Source: Gemmatimonadota bacterium (lineage in GTDB: Bacteria; Gemmatimonadota; Gemmatimonadetes; Palauibacterales; KS3-K002). Taken from it: DNA of 64,000 nt. The notes below the pieces were generated by a model. That model saw nothing but the letters and a program-made list of their open reading frames with translations. It did no database searches and had not been told where the DNA came from. Every line of letters starts with the position of its first letter. Position 1 is the first letter of the stretch. A program made the translations under genes and the position numbers. The stretch is taken from positions 1-64,000 of the forward strand of contig JBDHJS010000017.1 of assembly GCA_039586795.1 (NCBI GenBank). The letters are read 5' to 3'. Shown one piece after another: positions 1-7,998 of the stretch.

Positions 1-725
1 AGAAGCTCAAGAATCTCCTTGTTTTGTTTCGTTAGCTTGTACTCAACACCGTAGGCATGGCGAACGAAGAAGAGTGGCAGCAGCACAATGAGCAATCCAC
101 CGATTCCAAGCTGCGCAAAAGCGAACACGACAAACAGAGAGAATGAACTCGACGCCAGTTCATTTGCGAACGCCACCGGGCCAAGTTCGCGCCAAATGGC
201 CCGAAGTCGTTTTCCCGTGTCGAGCGCGATCACAATACCCACGAGCGTGGTGTTGATCAGGAAGTAAGTGACTATCAGACCGCCGAGCGGCAGAACAATC
301 GGCCACAGCACGAATTCATCCGCGTGGTGACTAACTGGTCCGCCTAGCGCCCGGTAGACAACCGCCCCACACCCTATCGCCAGCGATATCTGAGCAATAT
401 TGAAGACGGCTTTAACCGGATTCTGCTTTAGAATGAGAAACTGCGATATCGTCTGAGAGAGAATGGTTGAAAGGAGTGCTACGACCGGCCCGAACAAGGG
501 GACCGTAGCGACGGTTGGGATTAGGGAAACGGAGAAGACGGCTCTGCCAGCCGAGAAGCGCACACCGAGGCCTTCGGAGACAACGGTAATCACCATTAGA
601 GCCGAAATGCCAGACCATGCCTTGGGGTCGTTGAGCGGTATCTCGTAGTTAGGTACGATGAGTACCGCAACCGCGACTGCCGCGATTGCCACAAAGGCAA
701 CGTAGGCTAGTAATGATCGTTTCAT
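1..725 (-). CDS. Multi-pass membrane sensor protein, 5' part only (runs off window); probably MASE9-type sensor with a downstream HD-GYP domain
   Basis: Absent from the ORF track because it has no in-window stop. Manual translation from ATG 725 is open to base 1: MKRSLLAYVAFVAIAAVAVAVLIV...KQNPVKAVFNIAQISLAIG...YFLINTTLVGIVIAL...GLLIVLLPLFFVRHAYGVEYKLTKQNKEILEL. About 7-8 hydrophobic segments. The output domain is inferred, not seen. Confidence 0.8.
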   Translation of the reverse strand, partial: MKRSLLAYVAFVAIAAVAVAVLIVPNYEIPLNDPKAWSGISALMVITVVSEGLGVRFSAGRAVFSVSLIPTVATVPLFGPVVALLSTILSQTISQFLILKQNPVKAVFNIAQISLAIGCGAVVYRALGGPVSHHADEFVLWPIVLPLGGLIVTYFLINTTLVGIVIALDTGKRLRAIWRELGPVAFANELASSSFSLFVVFAFAQLGIGGLLIVLLPLFFVRHAYGVEYKLTKQNKEILEL

Positions 726-766
726 AGCTCGGCGTTGAGAACGAAAGAAAAACCCCCAATCAAGCT

Positions 767-835
767 CTAGCCCCAAGTAATAGTTCCGGCAAACAAGCTC
801 GCCATTGCGAGCAACATCCGGAGCAGCCACGCCAT
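767..835 (-). CDS. 22-aa hydrophobic small peptide MAWLLRMLLAMASLFAGTITWG
   Basis: ATG 835 to TAG 769-767, preceded by AAAGGAGGTGAA (852-841); AGGAGGT lies 8 nt from the ATG. Below the ORF-track cutoff. Confidence 0.75.
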   Translation of the reverse strand: MAWLLRMLLAMASLFAGTITWG

Positions 836-840
836 GGAGC

Positions 841-852
841 TTCACCTCCTTT
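841..852 (-). promoter_or_regulatory. Extended Shine-Dalgarno for the small peptide
   Basis: Minus strand reads AAAGGAGGTGAA-GCTCC-ATG. Confidence 0.85.
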
Positions 853-895
853 CGCGGGATCATGTCACGCTGGTTTCGCTAGTCCAGCGTGCGGG

Positions 896-933
896 TACTT
901 CCGCTCCGCTAAATTCGGCTACTTCGCTCCGCT
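896..933. repeat. Direct repeat pair TACTT(C)CGCTCCGCT
   Basis: 896-910 TACTTCCGCTCCGCT and 920-933 TACTTCGCTCCGCT. Confidence 0.7.
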
Positions 934-1040
934 TCCAGTGACGCGTCAGCTAGAGCAGGATCGGGGGTTTTTTCTCACTCACGGGGCAGGCGGGGTACCC
1001 AGTGTCGTTAGGGCTCCTTTCGCTAGGTCACCGGTCCGCG

Positions 1041-1781
1041 TCAGCGGACCGACAGTATCCAGCGATTCGTGGCTTGCAGGGTCGCCAGAATCGCCGCGTG
1101 TTCCGTCGATTCATTGACCGGCGCGGCGCCGGCCAGATATGTCCTTGTCCTGCCCGATAGGCCGTACAGTGCCGTGACGACCACCGGGACATCAAATATG
1201 TCAATTAGCTTCACGCCGTCGAGGGCGAAGTTGAGATCGCCTTTTTCGGCCTTTTCGAGGGCGAAAAGGACCGCCTCGGCAGCGGCGTTCAGCCGGCCGC
1301 GCTCGATATCGGTGCCTTCTGCTTCGCCGATGAACTTCTCGCCGTCCAGGGTCAAGCGCACTCGACAGATGATGCTCTGCGGCATCTTCCGCTCGAACTC
1401 GTAACCCTCGAACAGGTAACGCCGCAGGGCAGTGCCCGACGGCCCGATCCCGATGACCTTGTTCGTCGCGGCGTTCGCCGTGCCCTGGGTTTGGGCGACG
1501 CTCACCTTGCGGTGATCGACTTTCAGGCCCAACTGGGCGAGCAACGCCGACTCGACGTTTCGTACCGTTTGCTTTGGCGTCACCGAATCGTTGGTGAGGA
1601 TATGTATCTCCTCGATCCGACCCGTCGGGTCGGCCACGATACGAGCTGACACTACACCGGTCAGCTCCCCTAACAGCGCCTCCGCTCGCTGAAGCTGCTC
1701 GGGGTCACTGCCGCTGGTAAATGCTTCCAACCGCCACGCCTCACCGAAACTGTGTTCGTTTGCCTCCACGGCCACACCCAT
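1041..1781 (-). CDS. Conserved hypothetical two-domain protein; C-terminal domain paralogous to 17908..18477
   Basis: 246-aa ORF with EEIHIL...PKQTVRNVESAL...VDHRKVSVAQ in the N-domain and FIGEAEG...AAILATLQATNR in the C-domain. Confidence 0.8.
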   Translation of the reverse strand: MGVAVEANEHSFGEAWRLEAFTSGSDPEQLQRAEALLGELTGVVSARIVADPTGRIEEIHILTNDSVTPKQTVRNVESALLAQLGLKVDHRKVSVAQTQGTANAATNKVIGIGPSGTALRRYLFEGYEFERKMPQSIICRVRLTLDGEKFIGEAEGTDIERGRLNAAAEAVLFALEKAEKGDLNFALDGVKLIDIFDVPVVVTALYGLSGRTRTYLAGAAPVNESTEHAAILATLQATNRWILSVR

Positions 1782-1822
1782 GGCTGGTCACCCGGCGGGG
1801 AGATGTCCGGGAGAGTTAGTGA

Positions 1823-3550
1823 CTAGTTCGCGATTCTGATCGCATCGCCGCCGGAGCGCTTGGCCTCCAAAAGCGCTTCATCGGCAGCGGCCAGCATCTC
1901 GTCGTAACCGGCGGTCAGGGATTCCCCCGGCCCGACTTCAGCGATGCCCACACTGACGGAGACCCCCATCTCGGTCCCGTCTTCGCCCGTGGCCCGAACC
2001 TCGGCCACACGGGCCCTTATCTCGCTTGCGACCCTCAGCGCGCCGTTCTTGTCGCCGTCCGGCAGGATGATCACGAACTCATCGCCGCCGAAGCGGGCCG
2101 CGAAATCGTTGGCGCGGATCGATTCCTTGATCACCGCCGCCACGTCACGCAAAACCTGGTTGCCGGCCGCATGTCCCAGCCGGTCGTTGACCGGCTTGAA
2201 GTGGTCGAGGTCGAGAAAGACGACCACGAACTTGCCGCCGGTCCGCCGCACCCGGGCGCATTCCTCGAGGATCCTGCTCCGCAAGACCCGGTACGAGTAA
2301 AGCTGCGTCAGCGCATCGTAGGCGGCTTCCTGCACCGCCGTCTCGTACCTTCGCGCCTGGAAGAACGGACAAATGTCCAGACGCGCCCGCGCCCTCAGTA
2401 CCGCCGCTGCGAACGACCTGCATCCTGTGAAGCCGCAGGCGCCGCAGTCCCAATCCTTGCCGTTGTTGGCGCGACCGATGCGCTGCTCGATCAGCGCCTC
2501 TACCTCGGCTTCCGTCACAATGCCGCCGTTGCCCGCCGGCTGCCGATCGGTGGAGAGATCGACCGGTTGCTTGACGTCGATCACCGGGACCGACGCCCGG
2601 GGCGGTTCGGCCTCGGCCGCGATCTCGCGCCGCAGGTAGAGCTGCGACTTGGGGCCCATGACCGGGTGGTCCAGATCTCGCTCGTAGACCAGCAGGTCGA
2701 TGAACCCGAGCTGCGGCTCGCCCGCGGAGCGCTCCACGGCCTCCGCGATCGCGGAAACCTCCTCCAGGCCTCGTACCTTCCGGAAGCGGCGCGAGTTACC
2801 GCGCTCCTCTTCCAGAACCGGCAACGGCATGCCGCCCGCCGTGGACAGATAGCGTTGCCGCCCAACCGTCTCCCGCTCCAGCTGCAGTGGCTGCTTGAGC
2901 GGCGCCGCGCCGTGCTCGTCCAGCAAGCACTCCAGCTCGGCGAAGGTGATGGACGCGTCGATCGGCCTCTCTTCCTCTTCGGGCGCCCCGAAATTGCCGA
3001 TCCCGCAGTACACAATCTTTACGCCATCACCGTGAATCCGGTGCAGGTACCGGGCTTGAGCCACGGCCGGCGTCACCACCGGCGCCATGAACGGCATCAG
3101 CTCCGGGTACCTGCGCTTCACATACTCCACCACGATGGGTGAAGTAGAGCGAATCGTCGTCCGGTCCAGCCCGTCGCGCCACAACCTCAGGTACTCATGC
3201 GCCACGAGCTCGTCGCCCAACACTCCCGGGTAAACCGCCCGGAATCCGGCGGCGTAGCAGGCATTAAGCACCTGCTCGGCCGTCGCCGGGTGGAAGTGGA
3301 CGACGGACTCCGTTCCCAAAATCAGCACCGCGGCCCGACTGTCGAGGTGCTTGCGGGCGGCCGCCAGATCGCCAGTTGCGTCGATGGCGTCATGTTGGCA
3401 GGCCGGCACGCAAAGGCCGCATTCTATGCAGCTTTTCTCGACGATTTGTAGGGTGCCGTCCTGGGTCTGCACCGCTTCAACCGGACACACCCGAACGCAC
3501 GCCATACATTCGACGCACCTCGACCGGGCTATCCGGAATGTCAAGCTCAT
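1823..3550 (-). CDS. Diguanylate cyclase with N-terminal 2x[4Fe-4S] ferredoxin, [FeFe]-hydrogenase-like and Fe-S domains
   Basis: CVECMACVRVCP and CIECGLCVPAC; DCGACGFTGC...DICP; DLDHFKPVNDRLGH...GN; RAND-FAARF-GGDEF. Confidence 0.9.
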   Translation of the reverse strand: MSLTFRIARSRCVECMACVRVCPVEAVQTQDGTLQIVEKSCIECGLCVPACQHDAIDATGDLAAARKHLDSRAAVLILGTESVVHFHPATAEQVLNACYAAGFRAVYPGVLGDELVAHEYLRLWRDGLDRTTIRSTSPIVVEYVKRRYPELMPFMAPVVTPAVAQARYLHRIHGDGVKIVYCGIGNFGAPEEEERPIDASITFAELECLLDEHGAAPLKQPLQLERETVGRQRYLSTAGGMPLPVLEEERGNSRRFRKVRGLEEVSAIAEAVERSAGEPQLGFIDLLVYERDLDHPVMGPKSQLYLRREIAAEAEPPRASVPVIDVKQPVDLSTDRQPAGNGGIVTEAEVEALIEQRIGRANNGKDWDCGACGFTGCRSFAAAVLRARARLDICPFFQARRYETAVQEAAYDALTQLYSYRVLRSRILEECARVRRTGGKFVVVFLDLDHFKPVNDRLGHAAGNQVLRDVAAVIKESIRANDFAARFGGDEFVIILPDGDKNGALRVASEIRARVAEVRATGEDGTEMGVSVSVGIAEVGPGESLTAGYDEMLAAADEALLEAKRSGGDAIRIAN

Positions 3551-3601
3551 AGTCCCAGGGGTAGCCGGACAGACTACTAGAATTGAATGGCGGGGTATCC
3601 C

Positions 3602-3631
3602 ATACTAGGTTTCGGGCCACCCCCTTGTCAA
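3602..3631 (-). promoter_or_regulatory. Putative sigma70 promoter for the cyclase locus
   Basis: Minus strand TTGACA (3631-3626), 18-nt spacer, TAGTAT (3607-3602). Confidence 0.55.
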
Positions 3632-3648
3632 GCTTACAGAACAGGGCC

Positions 3649-4134
3649 GTGAAGAAACATTTGTTTCCCCTCCTGACGGTGATCGGCGTCGCCGCTCTCG
3701 GCGGTTGCCCCTCCGGCATCGAGCCCGTTCCCTTTCAAGGCATCGGCGGCACCATATCCTTCGTCGGTGATGTGCCCGACAACACCGATTGGGTCCGTCT
3801 CATCGTCTACCGGAGCACGCCACAAGACTCCGCCGACTTCCTCGGCTTCGTCGCCTTCACGGACACACTGCCGCTGGCCCGCACGAACACTCCGTACCTT
3901 CTCGGCCTGGAGGCCGAGGAATACGGCTGGCTGCCCCTGGTCTGGAAAGAGAAAGACGCCGACCTGTCGGCTGGCTCGCTCAGAGTCCTCGGCTGGTACA
4001 CGGCGGGCGGCGGCCCCTTCGACCCGCCCGCTTCAGTCACCGTCGAAAGCGGCAAGGAAACAGATGAAGTCGACCTGGTCGGCGACTTCGACAATATGCT
4101 GACCCCCGAAGAAGTGCTGGAGCTGCTCCGGTGA
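3649..4134 (+). CDS. Putative lipoprotein
   Basis: GTG 3649 gives MKKHLFPLLTVIGVAALGG-C (signal peptide and lipobox). Stop overlaps the next start (GTGA). Confidence 0.75.
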   Translation: MKKHLFPLLTVIGVAALGGCPSGIEPVPFQGIGGTISFVGDVPDNTDWVRLIVYRSTPQDSADFLGFVAFTDTLPLARTNTPYLLGLEAEEYGWLPLVWKEKDADLSAGSLRVLGWYTAGGGPFDPPASVTVESGKETDEVDLVGDFDNMLTPEEVLELLR

Positions 4135-6320
4135 GACGCTTCGCACCTGCCCTGATACTGATCCTTTGGGCAGCGCCCCTGCCCGCCCAGCAGACGGGCG
4201 TGGTGGAGGGTCGGGTCACCGACGTCGAGTCCGGGGTGCCGGTGGCGACTGCGCTGGTGCGCGTGGTCGGCACCGTGCTACGAACCTTCGCCGACGACTC
4301 GGGCCGCTTTGTGTTGCGTGGAGTGCCGACGGGGGAGCAACGGCTGAGAGCGGAGCGGATCGGCTACGTACCCGGTGCAACCACCGTTCAGGTTCCGGCC
4401 GACGGCCGAGTCGAGGTCGAGATCGTGATGTCGCCCGAGCCCGTGGCGCTCGGCGAGATCATCACCGTGGCGACGCGGCGGACGACCACGACACTTGATG
4501 CTCCGATCTCGGTCTCGGTGATGGAGGAGCCCGAGATCATGCTCCGGGTGCCGGAAACTGTGGCGGACGCGGTGGCCTACGTGCCGGCGGCCCAATTCGT
4601 CGGCGAACAACTGAACATTCGCGGCCTGTCGGGCTATGCCCGGGGTACAGGGAGCCGGGTACTGCTGTTGATCGACGGGGTCCCGGCGAACGCCGGCGAC
4701 AGCGGCGCCATTAACTGGGATGTGATCCCGCTCACCGAGGTCGAGCGGTTGGAGGTGCTGAAGGGACCGAACTCGGCGCTCTACGGGACAGGGGCGCTGG
4801 GCGGCGTGGTGAACATCGTGACGGCCCGGGCGCCCGAGAAGCCTTTGACCCGGCTCCGATTGGTGGGCGGCCTCTACGACAATCCCCCGCAAGAGGACTG
4901 GACCTGGTCCAACGAGACCCAGGGCTTCCTGTCGGGCGAACTGAGCCACGGCCGCCGGGTGGGGGACTTTGGGTTCTGGCTGCGCGGCGGCCAGTGGTTC
5001 GACGATGGCTACCGGCAGCGCGGCGACCTGGAGCGAACGAACCTGGCGGGTGAGGTGGAATGGGCGGGCGCGTCGGACACGGTAAGCGTCTTCGGCTCGT
5101 GGGCCCGGGAAGACTACGGAGCGGCGCTGCTGTGGTGCATGCGCGGAGAGTGCCGTGATCCATACCAACTGGCGTTCCAGCCGCTGAAAATTCCCCTGGA
5201 CGCAAGGGACGACCGCACCCGTTCCGACAAGACGCGAGCGTTCCTGGGGCACCGGCACAACTGGAGCGAGACGCTGAACTCGTTCTTCCGTCTCTCCTAC
5301 CAGCGGAACGACTGGGAGACCGACTTCGGCAACGACACGGTGGGCTCGGTCTCGAACGTGTACGGCGGCGAGCTGCAATTCGACTGGCGCGCGGCGAACT
5401 GGATCTACCTGATCACGGGCGGCGAAGGCACCTACACGCCGGTGGAGGCCAACCTGTTCGGTAAGCACGACCAGTCGATCGCCTCGGGCTACATCCAGGG
5501 CGAGTTCGAGTTGGGCAGGTGGGTCACGCTGACGGCGGGCGCTCGCTACGACCAGGTGTGGATGGATGGCGGCAACTACTCGAGCCAGGTGAGCCCCCGG
5601 GCGGGGGTCGTCCTGGCACCTTATCCGGTGACGCGGATTCGTGCGTCCGTGGGCCGCGGGTTCCGGGCGCCGACCGTTGCGGAGATGTTCACGGCGACAG
5701 AGGTGGGCGGATTCCTGGTGATCCCGAACGACTCGCTATTACCGGAGCGCTCGTGGGCGGCGGAGCTCGGAATCCAACAGCTTGCCGCCTCGTGGCTCTC
5801 GTTTGATGTGGCGGGCTTCTTCTACGATCTGGCCGATTTCATCGAGGCGGACACGACGGCCACGTCGGAGGGTGGGATCGTCATCCAGTTCGACAACCTG
5901 CCGAAGGCGCGGATCGCCGGCGTCGAAGCGATCGCCGTGATGTCGTTCCTGCGCGATCGGCTGCGCGGGCAGGTCGCCTACACCTACCTACTCACGGAGG
6001 ACCGGGTGACCGGCGAGCCGCTGGCCTACCGGCCGCAACATCACCTGCTGACGGCGAGCGGGACATTCACGTTCCGCGGCCTGGAGTTCGGCGCCGACTA
6101 TCGTTACGCCTCGCCGTACGATCATGTTAAGGTGTTCACGAGCCCGGTGACGGACCCGATCGTGGCCATGAGCGTCCTGGACCTGCGGATCGCCTACCGT
6201 TTTGGCCGGCAAGTGATCCGTTTCATGGTGGACAATTCGGCCAATTACGCTTATACAACAATAGAGCGGAATATGGAGCCGGTCCGACGCTACACGTTGG
6301 GACTTGATATCCAATTCTGA
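4131..6320 (+). CDS. TonB-dependent receptor with carboxypeptidase-regulatory-like N-terminal domain
   Basis: Signal peptide, VEGRVTDVESGVPV, plug motifs VLLLIDGVP and ERLEVLKGPNSALYGTGALGGVVNIVT, C-terminal Phe. Confidence 0.92.
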   Translation: MRRFAPALILILWAAPLPAQQTGVVEGRVTDVESGVPVATALVRVVGTVLRTFADDSGRFVLRGVPTGEQRLRAERIGYVPGATTVQVPADGRVEVEIVMSPEPVALGEIITVATRRTTTTLDAPISVSVMEEPEIMLRVPETVADAVAYVPAAQFVGEQLNIRGLSGYARGTGSRVLLLIDGVPANAGDSGAINWDVIPLTEVERLEVLKGPNSALYGTGALGGVVNIVTARAPEKPLTRLRLVGGLYDNPPQEDWTWSNETQGFLSGELSHGRRVGDFGFWLRGGQWFDDGYRQRGDLERTNLAGEVEWAGASDTVSVFGSWAREDYGAALLWCMRGECRDPYQLAFQPLKIPLDARDDRTRSDKTRAFLGHRHNWSETLNSFFRLSYQRNDWETDFGNDTVGSVSNVYGGELQFDWRAANWIYLITGGEGTYTPVEANLFGKHDQSIASGYIQGEFELGRWVTLTAGARYDQVWMDGGNYSSQVSPRAGVVLAPYPVTRIRASVGRGFRAPTVAEMFTATEVGGFLVIPNDSLLPERSWAAELGIQQLAASWLSFDVAGFFYDLADFIEADTTATSEGGIVIQFDNLPKARIAGVEAIAVMSFLRDRLRGQVAYTYLLTEDRVTGEPLAYRPQHHLLTASGTFTFRGLEFGADYRYASPYDHVKVFTSPVTDPIVAMSVLDLRIAYRFGRQVIRFMVDNSANYAYTTIERNMEPVRRYTLGLDIQF

Positions 6321-6330
6321 GGGGGGGACG

Positions 6331-6987
6331 ATGCGGTGCATCGGGAGAGGATTGGCGTTGTGTGCGGCGGTCGTGACGCTGGCAGCGTGCGGGGGCGCTC
6401 CGAGAGGCGTGCCTATCACCGAGTTGGAGCCGGTGCCGACCAGCACCGTGAAGCCCGGCGACATCGTTGTGATCGAGTTCTGGCAACAGGAAGCGCTCAC
6501 CGGCGAGCGGGTGGTCGACCGCTCCGGTAATATTCACCTCCCGCTCATCGGCCCGGTTAACGTGGCAGGGCTCGATTCTTATCAGATCCAGGACAGACTC
6601 ACCGACTTCTACAGCCAATACTATTCCGATCCCCTGATCGTTGTGAGCGTACGATTGGGCGTGAACGTGACCGGCGAGGTCCGGGAACCAGCGCGATACG
6701 CGGTGGACCCATCGTTCACGGTGCTGGACGCGCTGGGCCTGGCGGGTGGTCTAACGTACGACGCGAAGGAAGAGGAAATCGAGTTCAACCGGGGCGGTCA
6801 GCGCTACATCCTCAACCTGAACGAAGCGCAACTTACGGAGAATCCGGACCTGTTACTGCTCCAATCCGGCGATTGGATCTACGTCCCGCGGAGTTTCTGG
6901 ACGCTGCAACGAACGGCGATCTATTTGTCGATGACGTCAGTCACGCTGTCGATCATCGCGATCATCGTGTCGATCTCGAACAACTAA
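6331..6987 (+). CDS. Polysaccharide biosynthesis/export (Wza-like Poly_export + SLBB) lipoprotein
   Basis: Lipobox [67 protein letters not shown]-terminal hydrophobic helix. Confidence 0.85.
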   Translation: MRCIGRGLALCAAVVTLAACGGAPRGVPITELEPVPTSTVKPGDIVVIEFWQQEALTGERVVDRSGNIHLPLIGPVNVAGLDSYQIQDRLTDFYSQYYSDPLIVVSVRLGVNVTGEVREPARYAVDPSFTVLDALGLAGGLTYDAKEEEIEFNRGGQRYILNLNEAQLTENPDLLLLQSGDWIYVPRSFWTLQRTAIYLSMTSVTLSIIAIIVSISNN

Positions 6988-7997
6988 CAGCTGCGGTCGA
7001 CCGCCGCGGCCACCCGTCTCAACTCGCTCATCATCTTCTCGAACATCGGCGGCGTCAGCGACTGGGCGCCGTCTGACAACGCTTTCTCCGGCTCGACGTG
7101 CACCTCGACAATGATCGCATCCGCTCCCGCGGCGACGGCGGCACGCGCCATCGGCAGAACGTGATCTCGTACGCCCGTTCCGTGGCTGGGGTCGGCAACG
7201 ACCGGCAGGTGGCTCCGCGACTTAGCGACGGGTATCGCGCTCAGATCGAACGTGTTGCGCGTCGCGGTTTCGAAGGTGCGGATGCCGCGCTCGCAGAGCA
7301 GGATGTCGGGATTGCCGCACGAGGCGATGTATTCGGCGGCGGCCAACCACTCGTCTAGCGTCGCCGCCGGGCCGCGCTTCAGCATGACCGGGCGACGCGA
7401 ACGGCCGAGCTCCCTGAGCAGTGTGAAATTCTGCATGTTGCGAGCGCCGATCTGCAGGATGTCGCAGTAGTGGGCGGCCAGAGGGATCTGCGACGGCTCC
7501 ATCACCTCGCTGATCGTCAGCAGACCGTTGGCGTCCGCCGCCTTCCTCAGCAAATAAAGACCTTCTTCACCCAAACCCTGGAAGCTGTAGGGGCTGGTGC
7601 GCGGTTTGTAGGCGCCGCCTCTGAGGATCTTTGCGCCCGCCTTCGCGACGGACTCGGCGACGCGGTTCACGGTCTCTTCATCCTCGACCGAGCACGGCCC
7701 CGCCATCACCACGATCTGCTCGCCGCCGATGATGACGCCGTTGCCGACATCGATCCGCGAGTCTTCGGGCTGGAACCCACGGCTGACCAGCCGATACTCG
7801 GACCCGGAGACGGAGAGCTCGGCGATGCCGGGGAGCCCGTCGAGCAGTTCGGGGTCCGGGGTCCGGCCGACACCCGAAACGCCGAGGATTACTCGTTCGA
7901 CGCCAGAGCGGCGCGCGGTGAATCCGGCCGCGGTGATGGCGTTCACCACATCGGCGATCTGGCCTTCCGTGGCGTTCGATTCCATGACAACGATCAT
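6984..7997 (-). CDS. aroF: 3-deoxy-7-phosphoheptulonate (DAHP) synthase, type I-beta with N-terminal regulatory domain
   Basis: [52 protein letters not shown]. Confidence 0.95.
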   Translation of the reverse strand: MIVVMESNATEGQIADVVNAITAAGFTARRSGVERVILGVSGVGRTPDPELLDGLPGIAELSVSGSEYRLVSRGFQPEDSRIDVGNGVIIGGEQIVVMAGPCSVEDEETVNRVAESVAKAGAKILRGGAYKPRTSPYSFQGLGEEGLYLLRKAADANGLLTISEVMEPSQIPLAAHYCDILQIGARNMQNFTLLRELGRSRRPVMLKRGPAATLDEWLAAAEYIASCGNPDILLCERGIRTFETATRNTFDLSAIPVAKSRSHLPVVADPSHGTGVRDHVLPMARAAVAAGADAIIVEVHVEPEKALSDGAQSLTPPMFEKMMSELRRVAAAVDRSC

Positions 7998-7998
7998 C

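Larger units (their letters stand above)
748..972. repeat. 24-nt imperfect inverted repeat (arms 748-771 and 949-972) enclosing the peptide gene
   Basis: 748-771 AAAAACCCCCAATCAAGCTCTAGC vs reverse complement of 949-972 AAAAACCCCCGATCCTGCTCTAGC: 21/24 identical. Confidence 0.9.

Noticed and set aside
412..648. ORF-track entries 412..618 (-) and 463..648 (+)
   Set aside because: Both lie within the longer open minus-strand membrane-protein frame starting at 725 and have no recognisable motifs.
896..933. CRISPR-like repeat
   Set aside because: Only two 14-15-nt units with a 9-nt spacer, and no cas genes.
850..1040. Known c-di-GMP-I/II riboswitch in the peptide leader
   Set aside because: GAAA-containing motifs are present, but I could not match the conserved core of either class by eye. 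Left as an unknown structured region.
1823..3550. Functional [FeFe]-hydrogenase
   Set aside because: The H-cluster cysteine motifs are not present.
6321..6327. G7 run as a phase-variation tract
   Set aside because: Short, in a high-GC genome, and explained as the RBS of the next gene.
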